Source: Meyerozyma guilliermondii (Eukaryota). Taken from it: a DNA stretch of 64,000 bases. The notes beneath the pieces are model-generated. The model was not told where the DNA came from. It searched no databases and saw nothing but the letters and a program-made list of their open reading frames with translations. The translations under genes were made by a program, and so were the position numbers. Below are positions 42,137 through 50,993 of the stretch, piece by piece. Location: the NCBI GenBank assembly GCA_051546255.1, contig CP128816.1, positions 558,001 through 622,000 on the forward strand, read 5' to 3'. How positions within the stretch are numbered: the stretch's first letter is position 1; each line of letters begins with the position of its first letter.

Positions 42137-43057
42137 ATGGAGTTGCGTCACAAATCGCGTGCAAGCAAGCGCACACCGCTGCATTTTGACCAATACAAAC
42201 AAAAGGCACGAACGGTTTCTTCCCCAGCGGAATTGCTTCCTGGACTCAACGATATTTCCGATGCGTTTGAAGCGCTTCCTATGGATCTCATCAAGTACTT
42301 TACGCTACTCAAGGAGATCGACGCCAAGTGTATCAACACGATTCCTCAAATAAATGGTCATATCAAAAAATATTTGGATGAGGTTCACGCGGACGGAGTG
42401 ACACCGAAACGATTGGAAACCATCGGTCACAAAATCCACGAGATTATTCCTTGTTTAGAGGAAAAAATGCATGTGACCACGGTGGCAACCGATGTGTTGT
42501 ACAAACATATGCATCGAATAAATAACGATTACCAGATGATTCTCGCCAACAATGAAATTCCCGAACTGATCCGAATCGGACCCCTCAATCATCCCGCCAT
42601 GATCATGGATTCCAACGCCACCGAAAATCAAAATCCCAACCGATCAGCTCAACTGACGCGCAGTGAAAGTAGAAGAGAAGCATTGGCTGCCAAGAAGGTG
42701 GTGCGCGACGATGACGACAAGAAACGGCGTCGCGAAGGCAGTCCGCAGGAAGACAAGAAAAAGAAGCAGCGCAGCGAAGAAGGTTCGCGCAGCGGTACTC
42801 CTGCGATTGCGACCACGGCGACAGCAGCGGCGATGGCCAAAAAACGCACCACCAAACCTCGCCGTGACGACGAAGGGAACTCGGAGCCTACGTACTGTTA
42901 CTGTAACCAGGTTTCATTTGGAGAAATGGTGGGATGCGACGGGGCAGATTGCAAACGAGAATGGTTCCATTTGCCGTGTATAGGGTTTAAGAACCCGCCG
43001 AAGGGCCGGTGGTACTGCGACGACTGCTTGGCGAAAATGAAGAAGCGGCGGGTGTGA
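42137..43057 (+). CDS. PHO23: ING-family PHD protein (Rpd3L subunit)
   Basis: PGLNDISD..E..P....KYFTLLKEIDAKC; PHD EPTYCYCNQVSFGEMVGCD..C.REWFH..C...PPKGRWYC. Confidence 0.88.
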   Translation: MELRHKSRASKRTPLHFDQYKQKARTVSSPAELLPGLNDISDAFEALPMDLIKYFTLLKEIDAKCINTIPQINGHIKKYLDEVHADGVTPKRLETIGHKIHEIIPCLEEKMHVTTVATDVLYKHMHRINNDYQMILANNEIPELIRIGPLNHPAMIMDSNATENQNPNRSAQLTRSESRREALAAKKVVRDDDDKKRRREGSPQEDKKKKQRSEEGSRSGTPAIATTATAAAMAKKRTTKPRRDDEGNSEPTYCYCNQVSFGEMVGCDGADCKREWFHLPCIGFKNPPKGRWYCDDCLAKMKKRRV

Positions 43058-43428
43058 GAGAGAGTCTAGCGAGAGTTTAGCGACGATCGCGACGAAGGAC
43101 GATCGCAACATACGACGATCAGCGACGATTTGCGAAGAGAATCGCCTCTAGAGAGTTAGGGAATGCGAGTCTAGGAATGTTAGGGAGGTCGCTAGGGAGA
43201 ATTAGGGACAATCGCTAGGGAGGGTGACTGCGCGCTGCGCACTCGCCTCGCGCTCGCGTGCTCAGCCCACCACCAGCCCACCCGCCTGGCCGAATGGCTG
43301 GTCGAAACACCGGTGCACCAGTCACTGGCGGAAACAATATTTCCTTGGCGTGAGAAAGCAATTACTAGTGAACCCATTCGTGTACCAATTGAAAGTATCG
43401 TCAATCAATCAAACGCACTACGCAAGGC

Positions 43429-44166
43429 ATGATGAAAGAGTACAAATTAGTAGTAGTCGGAGGTGGTGGTGTTGGTAAATCGGCCCTCACCATTCAGTTG
43501 GTTCAAAGTCATTTCGTCGATGAATATGACCCAACCATTGAAGATTCTTATCGTAAACCTTGTACCATTGATGGAGAACAGGTACTCTTGGATGTGTTGG
43601 ATACTGCCGGACAGGAGGAATACTCGGCTATGCGCGAGCAATATATGCGTACTGGTGAAGGATTCTTATTGGTATATCTGATTAATCTGCGTGATTCTTT
43701 GGAAGAACTTCAACAATTTTATGAGCAGATTCAAAGGGTAAAGGATCTGGATACGGTTCCGGTTTTGGTTGTTGGAAATAAATGTGATTTGGAGATTGAA
43801 CGTCAGGTGAGTTATGAAGAAGGATTGGAATTGGCAAAACTGTTTGGTTGTGCATTTCTTGAAACTTCAGCAAAACAAAGAATCAATGTGGAAGAGGCAT
43901 TCTATGGGCTTGTACGGTCGATTCGTGACTCCCAGAAAGCTTTGGAGACTGGAAAGGCTGATCGGAATGGTGGTGCCGTGGCCGAAACTGGTGGTGCCGT
44001 GGCCGAAACTGGTGGTGCCGCTACTGGTACTGGGGCCACCACCACACCTGGCGATGCTGCTCCTGAAAAGAAGGCTGAGTCTAAGCTGAGTGCTGGTAAG
44101 CCGGCTCGGGCCAGTGAGCCCAAGGCCGACACAAAGGAAAAGTCGGGGTGTTGTGTAATTGTGTAG
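43429..44166 (+). CDS. RAS1: Ras GTPase
   Basis: [35 protein letters not shown]-terminal CCVIV CAAX. Confidence 0.95.
   Translation: MMKEYKLVVVGGGGVGKSALTIQLVQSHFVDEYDPTIEDSYRKPCTIDGEQVLLDVLDTAGQEEYSAMREQYMRTGEGFLLVYLINLRDSLEELQQFYEQIQRVKDLDTVPVLVVGNKCDLEIERQVSYEEGLELAKLFGCAFLETSAKQRINVEEAFYGLVRSIRDSQKALETGKADRNGGAVAETGGAVAETGGAATGTGATTTPGDAAPEKKAESKLSAGKPARASEPKADTKEKSGCCVIV
43969..44020 (+). repeat. 21-bp in-frame tandem repeat (GGAVAET x2.5) in the Ras hypervariable region
   Basis: ggtggtgccgtggccgaaact x2 plus ggtggtgccg. Confidence 0.9.
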
Positions 44167-44454
44167 TTTAATGGAGGACTACGGAGGAGAAAGGGAGAAA
44201 ATGAAAAGGTGAGATGAAAGGAGGAGGAATGAGATACTGTAATATGGTAGATACTCTGGCTGATGAATATACTTAATTCAATATGACTGGTGAGTTTTGA
44301 CATAAACTGCAATTGTGAGTATTAGCATAGTTTCGGAGAAAATTGCAAAATCGAACATAATTGTGATAATTTATTAGGATGAACAAATATCGTCAGAGTT
44401 TCTATACTGAAAGTAATGAAATTTTGATAGTGTACAAAGAAGTCACTTCGATAG

Positions 44455-44474
44455 GATATACCAATTGGTATATC
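44455..44474. repeat. Perfect 20-bp palindrome GATATACCAATTGGTATATC
   Basis: Self-reverse-complementary; lies in the convergent RAS1-OST2 gap. Confidence 0.9.
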
Positions 44475-44692
44475 TTTTCACGAAACATACCGCTATAATT
44501 CAAATTGTACTGATTATACTAGATAACGAGTACACATAATTGTGACATACTTCATTCGACTAGCCTTCGTATTCCGTGATCTCACTCAAAGGTGAATACA
44601 TTCAGTGCATACTGGCTTCTTCGCTTCACTTCAGTCTACTTCCTTTTCTTTTCTTCCAAACCTCGCTTCTTTTCTTCTCAATTAACCCCTTT

Positions 44693-45118
44693 TCAATTGA
44701 TAAAGTGCAACACCACAAAATGCAATATCAAGCTGGCAAATATATAATCACCAAAAGCTCGTTGTGGTGTAATGGAAAATACCGGTTCCATTTCTTTTAC
44801 TTCGCCGTCTTCAGTTTCCACGGTCTTTTTCTGTTCTGTACCCGAAACAAATTGCAACCGCAAACTCACAGTTAACACAAACTGACCCACACAACTGATA
44901 AACCCTCCTAAGAAAGCATTGAATGGAAAGTTTCCAATTAACAAAACATACAAAAATTGCAAACCTCCCAATGCCACCAAGAATGCCAAAAATGAGTCTA
45001 TCAATTTCAACCGAGGTGTGAGGTTGCGTATATAGTCGCGGTACGACGTGGCCACAGCACTCACCACCTCATTGACGGGCTTTGCATACGATGCCGTTTT
45101 CTTTTCACGACGTGGCAT
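44693..45118 (-). CDS. OST2: Oligosaccharyltransferase subunit Ost2/DAD1
   Basis: KLIDSFL..LV.LG.LQF.Y..LIGNFPFNAFLGGFISCVGQFVL.VSLRLQ ... RAFGDY....LH...HFIN; first ATG 45118. Confidence 0.92.
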   Translation of the reverse strand: MPRREKKTASYAKPVNEVVSAVATSYRDYIRNLTPRLKLIDSFLAFLVALGGLQFLYVLLIGNFPFNAFLGGFISCVGQFVLTVSLRLQFVSGTEQKKTVETEDGEVKEMEPVFSITPQRAFGDYIFASLILHFVVLHFIN

Positions 45119-45615
45119 GTAGAGGAGAACCAAATCTCGCGACTGGTGTGTCGCTGATTTAGAGATATCATCACGTAAGCGGAAGACAATGATGATATAA
45201 TCAACAAGAGTTCAGATTACGCGGATTGTTCTGGCATTCATGACTATACATCGAAGTTGTTACTTCCATAAGGATAAATCGACTCTTACTTGTACCTGGT
45301 TAGGAAGGTGACTTTTATTTTTGGCGTTGAATTGCGTTTTGTTTAAGCGCTCCACATGGATTATGTAATGACACTTCCTTCACCCAGAATCAGACTTTAT
45401 GTACTTTTATCTTTTATCATTTACCATTATCTCGCCAGCCTTAAACCTTCTTTCATAGAGCCCGGAGGGCTTAGTTAACTCCAGATGCGTTAAATGCTTA
45501 TATAAACCGAGGTTCTCGTACTTCAATTTGGCTGCACGGACTTATCAAGAATCGATATGCAGTCCGTTTGACATTTAGATGCAACATACATATCAATCCT
45601 GAAATTTTCTATCAT

Positions 45616-46344
45616 ATGTATTTGCCAATCATCCTAGGTTGGGTATTATACGTGTTTGCGGGTCCGGGGTTGGATAATTGGGTTAAAGAAAGTGCTCATT
45701 TGTGGAGTATAAACATTATTATAGCATCAGGAGCTTCACACTGGGCAGTCGATAAGTATATGGAATTTTCCAAAAATTGCATGGTTCCCCAACCCAATGC
45801 TGTAATGCCGAGAAAACATCGAATTATTAGTTTCGCCCTTAGTACGTTTGGCGAATTCTGCTTTGGATTAGCTCTCGTAAGTACTATGATGGGCTGGTGG
45901 AAGGACAATGATGAAAAACTTTATACGGGGTTACAAGTCAGCACTCCGTCTAGATTTAAATGGGTAAATGAATTAGATGAAACTGAAGGTAAAGCCATTG
46001 CTACACTACCTGCGACCTTTGGTGTTTACAAGTTGAATCTCACCTCAGATGGGTTATGGAATCAAACCACCGTTACCAAAGATTCCATAGCGATACTTGG
46101 GCTCTACAACAACACCGCTACTTCGAAGAAACTTCAACTTAATAGTGGTAGTGCCGATAATAGTGCGGTGTACTTGCTTAACTATGCTCCTGAAGTGGGT
46201 TTCATGATGCGACCATTGGTCCTAAGCACAATTGACAAAAGCCTAATAACTGCATGGACTGAAGATAGTATGGTGTTAGGGTGGCCAGAAAATGGACTAA
46301 CCGCTGGAAAATGGAAAAATTATAAAGGAGTGGGATTATTATAA
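45616..46344 (+). CDS. Orphan secreted/membrane protein, possibly K2/KHS killer-toxin-like
   Basis: 242 aa from first in-frame ATG; hydrophobic N-terminus, second hydrophobic segment ending GLALVSTMMGWW, sequons NLT/NQT/NNT; AT-rich; TATA near 45499. Confidence 0.5.
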   Translation: MYLPIILGWVLYVFAGPGLDNWVKESAHLWSINIIIASGASHWAVDKYMEFSKNCMVPQPNAVMPRKHRIISFALSTFGEFCFGLALVSTMMGWWKDNDEKLYTGLQVSTPSRFKWVNELDETEGKAIATLPATFGVYKLNLTSDGLWNQTTVTKDSIAILGLYNNTATSKKLQLNSGSADNSAVYLLNYAPEVGFMMRPLVLSTIDKSLITAWTEDSMVLGWPENGLTAGKWKNYKGVGLL

Positions 46345-46588
46345 CCAGAAAAAAGCATTCAGTTATCGAAGATGAAATTAAGGAAGAAAAGAGTAAAGAG
46401 TCATATAATGGAATGTAGAATTGAAGCGACTGTATACTGTCTCATACGTTGTACACCCGTGCACCTCCATATACCATTCTCCGCCAGCAATTGCACCACC
46501 GTCATTGCTTCAATTCTGTACATTTGGCGTATTTGCCACCGCAAATTTCATCCACCCTCCCCAAAACCAATCATAGATTACTGGCGTC

Positions 46589-47149
46589 ATGTCTAGGAAG
46601 GTCGTACAGCCGCCGTCGCTTCGAATCATACCGCCGCTCAACTTTTGTCCGGTGGAAAAACAGCTCTATAGATCCGGTCAACCGCTGATAATCAACCAGT
46701 CGTTTCTCCAGGACCTCAATCTCAAAACAATAATTTGGTTGGCCAGTGAAGAACCACAGGAAGAATTTTTGGACTACTGCTCGATGAACAGTATCAACAT
46801 TGAATTTGTAGGAATGATCAATGATGATTATAGTTACCAGAATGTGAATCCATGGGATTCCCTTAACGAAACCACCATCAAGAAGGCTTTGGAACTTATT
46901 TGTGACCGTAATAATTACCCCATGTTGGTGTGCTGTGGTATGGGTCGTCATCGTACCGGCACTGTAATTGGGTGTTTAAGACGACTTCAAGGCTGGAATC
47001 TCGCCAGTGTTTCGGAAGAGTACCGTCGCTTTACCGGAGCTCGAGGAGGACGGATCTTAGTGGAATTGTTGATTGAGGGTTTTGATATTAGTACTGTGGA
47101 GATTGATCCGGAAAAGGTTCCTCAATGGCTCGGAAAAAGAGATAAGTGA
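46589..47149 (+). CDS. OCA1: Oca1 tyrosine-phosphatase-like protein (Siw14 family)
   Basis: [55 protein letters not shown]. Confidence 0.92.
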   Translation: MSRKVVQPPSLRIIPPLNFCPVEKQLYRSGQPLIINQSFLQDLNLKTIIWLASEEPQEEFLDYCSMNSINIEFVGMINDDYSYQNVNPWDSLNETTIKKALELICDRNNYPMLVCCGMGRHRTGTVIGCLRRLQGWNLASVSEEYRRFTGARGGRILVELLIEGFDISTVEIDPEKVPQWLGKRDK

Positions 47150-47304
47150 AAAGCAATAAGAGTGACAAGAGCGAAACGATAACAAACTTCTAAAGTGACA
47201 AGAAGTAAAGCTACACTAAGAAGTAAGAAGTTAAAGAGTAGGGAAGAACAAGACCCATACACCTTCACCTTCCTACTCATATTAAGCTACTGAAAAACAA
47301 GAGG

Positions 47305-47368
47305 AACAACATGAACAAGTGAACAACATGAACAACATGAACATCATGAACTACATGAACTACATGAA
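47305..47368 (+). repeat. 9-bp minisatellite AAC(A/T)(A/T)CATG, about 7 units
   Basis: aacaacatg aacaagtg aacaacatg aacaacatg aacatcatg aactacatg aactacatg. Confidence 0.85.
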
Positions 47369-47490
47369 GTATTAGAGGTTTGTGGTCTTCGTCAGCTCAC
47401 TTCGTTCGCTGACGCTGATCCAGACACCAGTTACCCGCCCGCGCGACAGCAAAGATCAGTGTGACCCTGAGTGGCGATTACCTTACCATC

Positions 47491-48216
47491 ATGACTGGAA
47501 CCTGTTCAACTACGTTGAAGGTGATTGGAGTCACGTCCATTGGCTTGCTCGGCTCGTCGCTATCGTTTCAGGGCATGAAAGCCATTCCAAACATGATTAG
47601 GAATATCAATTCTGGAGATAAACCAGTTGATTTGCAATTGGCGGCGCGTACCGTTCGCCTTGGAGGAGCTATTAGTACGTTCTTGACAGGTTTAGCGAGT
47701 GTGGCTCTCTTGCTGATTTATAAGGCTGCTCCTGTCAACGAAAAACACCCATATCTCATCTACACTGCATTGGCGGCGCCAGTATCAATGGGACTTATTT
47801 GGTATAAGAGTTGGACTAATCAGAAACGGGTTATTTGCGGAGCACGTGGAGAAAGAAGAGCACAGAGGGTGATGAGAGCATCCAAGGCTGCTGCTGCTGG
47901 GGCTAATTCCGCTACCGGTGCCGGTGCCAAAGATGATCTTACCAAATCTTACATCCATGTATCTGACGAAGAGTCATCAGTGTCCACTCCCTCGTCATCA
48001 GCACCAGGATCGCCGCAGACCACGGCGTCGGCAACCAAGGATTTAGAACAAGAGTTGTCGATTGAGGAAGAGGTGGAACAGGCGCTTCGTAAGAAGGAAC
48101 ACGTTCACGACTTGAGAAGCATTGCTGCAGCCCAAGTATACGGAGGCGGCGTGGCATTTGTCGGGTTTGCCCTTGGCTTGATAGGCTTAGTGGGAGACAT
48201 TTACTTTAATGTATGA
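47491..48216 (+). CDS. ATG33: Atg33/Scm4-like mitochondrial outer-membrane protein
   Basis: MTGTC..TLKVIGVTSIGL, KHPYLIY motif, S-rich loop, C-terminal TM ending GLVGD. Confidence 0.72.
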   Translation: MTGTCSTTLKVIGVTSIGLLGSSLSFQGMKAIPNMIRNINSGDKPVDLQLAARTVRLGGAISTFLTGLASVALLLIYKAAPVNEKHPYLIYTALAAPVSMGLIWYKSWTNQKRVICGARGERRAQRVMRASKAAAAGANSATGAGAKDDLTKSYIHVSDEESSVSTPSSSAPGSPQTTASATKDLEQELSIEEEVEQALRKKEHVHDLRSIAAAQVYGGGVAFVGFALGLIGLVGDIYFNV

Positions 48217-48308
48217 TTATGATAACCAATACCACTGCGGCACACCAGTCAGCCCACCCGTACACCAGCGGATACATGATGGCTCGTATCGCACTGCCGC
48301 AAATTATC

Positions 48309-48791
48309 ATGACCTCGTTTTACGATTTGACCCCCAACGACAAGACTGGCAAACCATACCCCTTTGAGGAGCTCAAGGGCAAGGTTGTGCTTATTGTAAA
48401 CGTAGCTTCCAAGTGTGGGTTTACTCCTCAATACAAAGAATTGGAAGAATTGAACAAAAAGTACAAAGACAAAGGTCTTCAAATTATTGGGTTCCCATGT
48501 AATCAATTTGGCAAACAAGAACCAGGAACTGATGAGGAAATTGGTCAGTTTTGCCAGTTGAACTATGGCGTTACTTTCCCTGTTTTACAAAAAGTTGACG
48601 TTAATGGTGACAAGGCCAGCCCCGTTTACAAATATCTTAAAGAACAAAAGGCGGGACTTTTGGGATTGACTAGAATCAAGTGGAACTTTGAAAAGTTTTT
48701 AATTGACAAGAATGGAAATGTTGTGGAAAGATTCTCGTCGTTGACCAAACCTTCGTCGTTGGCAAGTGCAATCGAGCCATTATTGAAGTGA
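48309..48791 (+). CDS. HYR1: Glutathione-peroxidase-like thiol peroxidase (Hyr1/Gpx)
   Basis: NVASKCGFTPQY, GFPCNQFG.QEPG, FCQLNYGV, IKWNFEKFL; start MTSFYDL at 48309. Confidence 0.88.
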   Translation: MTSFYDLTPNDKTGKPYPFEELKGKVVLIVNVASKCGFTPQYKELEELNKKYKDKGLQIIGFPCNQFGKQEPGTDEEIGQFCQLNYGVTFPVLQKVDVNGDKASPVYKYLKEQKAGLLGLTRIKWNFEKFLIDKNGNVVERFSSLTKPSSLASAIEPLLK

Positions 48792-49409
48792 TTCATTGTT
48801 TAGTTTTAGTATTTATTAGCGAGCGGCTTAATGTACAATAATTTACAAATGGGCCAACAAAGTGGCAAATTTGCAAATTTGACAATTCAATTGACAAATA
48901 TTTTGCAAGCTACAACCAACAAGACCATAATTGACTCCTATTAACCCAACCAGGTTCATTAACTGTTGGCTTGTCCTGATTACCTCAGCCCCACCCTCAC
49001 TATCCTCGGCCCAACCATTGTGGCTCTAGATCGAAACACACCCATGCACCAGATACTCTCCCCACCATTCCGCTATCGGCACAGGACATTTCAGCGATAA
49101 AAGGAGTCACTCACCCAAAACTCCACAGTTGATCCACCACGAAAAAAACACATAAAGAGACGATTTCCTTTCTGTACCACAATCAAATACCCCTCATAGG
49201 TCGTTTTCATAAGTCGTTTTTATCATTTTACATTGCACACGTATCATCGAAGGTTATCGAATAGGAGAGAAATCCACAAAATTGGTTTAGTGGAAATAGA
49301 TATTTGAACGGGGATTTAGACCAGAGTTGGAGATAAGACTCTTAGCAGCATCTAGACTGGAATTGGAACCTTTATAAGAGGAATTATAAGATTACAATCC
49401 ATCTTTATC

Positions 49410-50675
49410 ATGACAAATTACACCTTGTACGAACAGGGAAAGCTACTACTTAACGAAAAGTACAAGTACGTGTCGCCGATACAAGAGGGTTCTTTTGGAA
49501 AAGTGACCCTAGCCATTGATGTGGAAACCAACACCAAGTACGCAATGAAGGCGATGTACAAATCGAATCCTGGCATTTGCAACGTTGCACGTCATGAGAT
49601 CAAGATGCTCTCCAAGTTGGGAAACGGCAATGCCAACATCTGTCAGCTTGTGGAATGGTTTGAAACGGACGATTTTGTGATTTTGATGCTTGAATATTGT
49701 GCCAACGGCGATTTGTATGATTTGATCCATTCGACCACCCAAGTGTCTGCCGTGGATATTTGGCACATTGCCAGAGAAATGCAGAGTGGTCTTGAGTACG
49801 CCCACAGCCTTGGCATCTACCATCGTGATATAAAGCCGGAAAATGTCTTGTTTACGGAGTATGGCCAGGTTAAACTCTGCGACTGGGGCTTATCTACTAC
49901 CAGAAGATACAGCCGTGATTTCAAAGTTGGAAGTGAAAAGTATATGGCACCGGAATGCTTTGGTTCCAGACCAGACGTCAGCGAATACGACTGTAAATAT
50001 TCTGACTACTGGTCGTTTGGAGTAACTCTTCTCACAGCCATCTTTGGTACTTCGCCCTTTAAGCCCATGGGCGAGGCGAACACAGTGGAAGCCGATTCCA
50101 ACTATAAGCATTTTGTCAATCACCAGAGAACAGATGTATTGTTTGACATTTATCCTACGATGAACCAGCACTGTTTTGAGGTGGTGATGACCGCATTGAA
50201 GGTTGGAGGAGTCGATGACGATTTATCAAGCTACAAGAGTAAGATCGAGTCCAGGTCATTGCAGAAGCTCATCAGCACACTCCAGAACAACTGGAAATTT
50301 GGTTTAACGATTGACGAAGAAGACGAATTAGAAGATTTGAACCATGATGATCATGCTGTGTTTGACATGGATGATATTGACATCGAGCAACAAACCTTAC
50401 CTCTGCCACAAGAAAGCGAAAACCTCGACGTGGAGCGTCGTGCACGGAAACAAGATGAACCTAATAAGCATCTGCCTTTTCCCTCGTTGGTGGAGTCGTA
50501 TCCACTGTCGAAATCATGGTGCGATTTTGATGAAGATGATTTTGAGAAGATTTTTGACAACTTGTCGGTTGCAAAACGCGACAAAAAGTTGCGGTTGAAC
50601 ACGATTGACGAGGGAATCACCACCAAGCATGGTCAAATCCACATTGTGGAGAACGAGATTTACACTAGTGTGTAA
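49410..50675 (+). CDS. Ser/Thr kinase of the Ran1/Ksp1/Sks1-like group
   Basis: IQEGSFGKV, AMK, YHRDIKPEN, CDWGL, VGSEKYMAPE, DYWSFG. Confidence 0.85.
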   Translation: MTNYTLYEQGKLLLNEKYKYVSPIQEGSFGKVTLAIDVETNTKYAMKAMYKSNPGICNVARHEIKMLSKLGNGNANICQLVEWFETDDFVILMLEYCANGDLYDLIHSTTQVSAVDIWHIAREMQSGLEYAHSLGIYHRDIKPENVLFTEYGQVKLCDWGLSTTRRYSRDFKVGSEKYMAPECFGSRPDVSEYDCKYSDYWSFGVTLLTAIFGTSPFKPMGEANTVEADSNYKHFVNHQRTDVLFDIYPTMNQHCFEVVMTALKVGGVDDDLSSYKSKIESRSLQKLISTLQNNWKFGLTIDEEDELEDLNHDDHAVFDMDDIDIEQQTLPLPQESENLDVERRARKQDEPNKHLPFPSLVESYPLSKSWCDFDEDDFEKIFDNLSVAKRDKKLRLNTIDEGITTKHGQIHIVENEIYTSV

Positions 50676-50822
50676 TAGAAATGAGAAATGAGAGATGACA
50701 GTGAAGTGTAGAAGAGTAAAGAGTACAGAAGAAAAAGAAGAGTGCGGCGTAGACTTTGGCGAAGTATGCGGCGAAGACTGGAGCAATGCGCCGTACAACT
50801 TTATGCGGCAGAAGTTATCTAC

Positions 50823-50889
50823 GGCCTGTACTGGCCTGTACAGGCCTCCGCTAGTCCGCAGTCCCACCGCTGGCGGCCCTGTACCGGGG
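50823..50889. promoter_or_regulatory. Three Leu3-like CC(T)GTAC(N)GG elements upstream of ILV5
   Basis: GGCCTGTACTGGCC, palindrome GGCCTGTACAGGCC (50833-50846), CCCTGTACCGGG; TATA near 50952. Confidence 0.5.
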
Positions 50890-50993
50890 CGGGGCGACAC
50901 CGGAGGTTGTATGCAGGAAATTACTCACCTGGACGAAATTTTCACTTCTCATATAAAAGTTATTCCCCCCACCCTATTAGTGAATTGATAATT

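Noticed and set aside
45132..45198. Two small hairpins upstream of OST2 (including ATATCATCA..TGATGATAT)
   Set aside because: Stems of 9-10 bp are within chance expectation; no box D or other ncRNA support.
47305..47368. CRISPR-like or transposon interpretation of the short repeats
   Set aside because: Eukaryotic DNA, no spacers, and no transposase, RT or LTR signature anywhere in the window.
50742..50993. 84-aa N-terminal extension of ILV5 in the ORF track
   Set aside because: GTG start running across the UAS and TATA; the presequence begins at ATG 50994.
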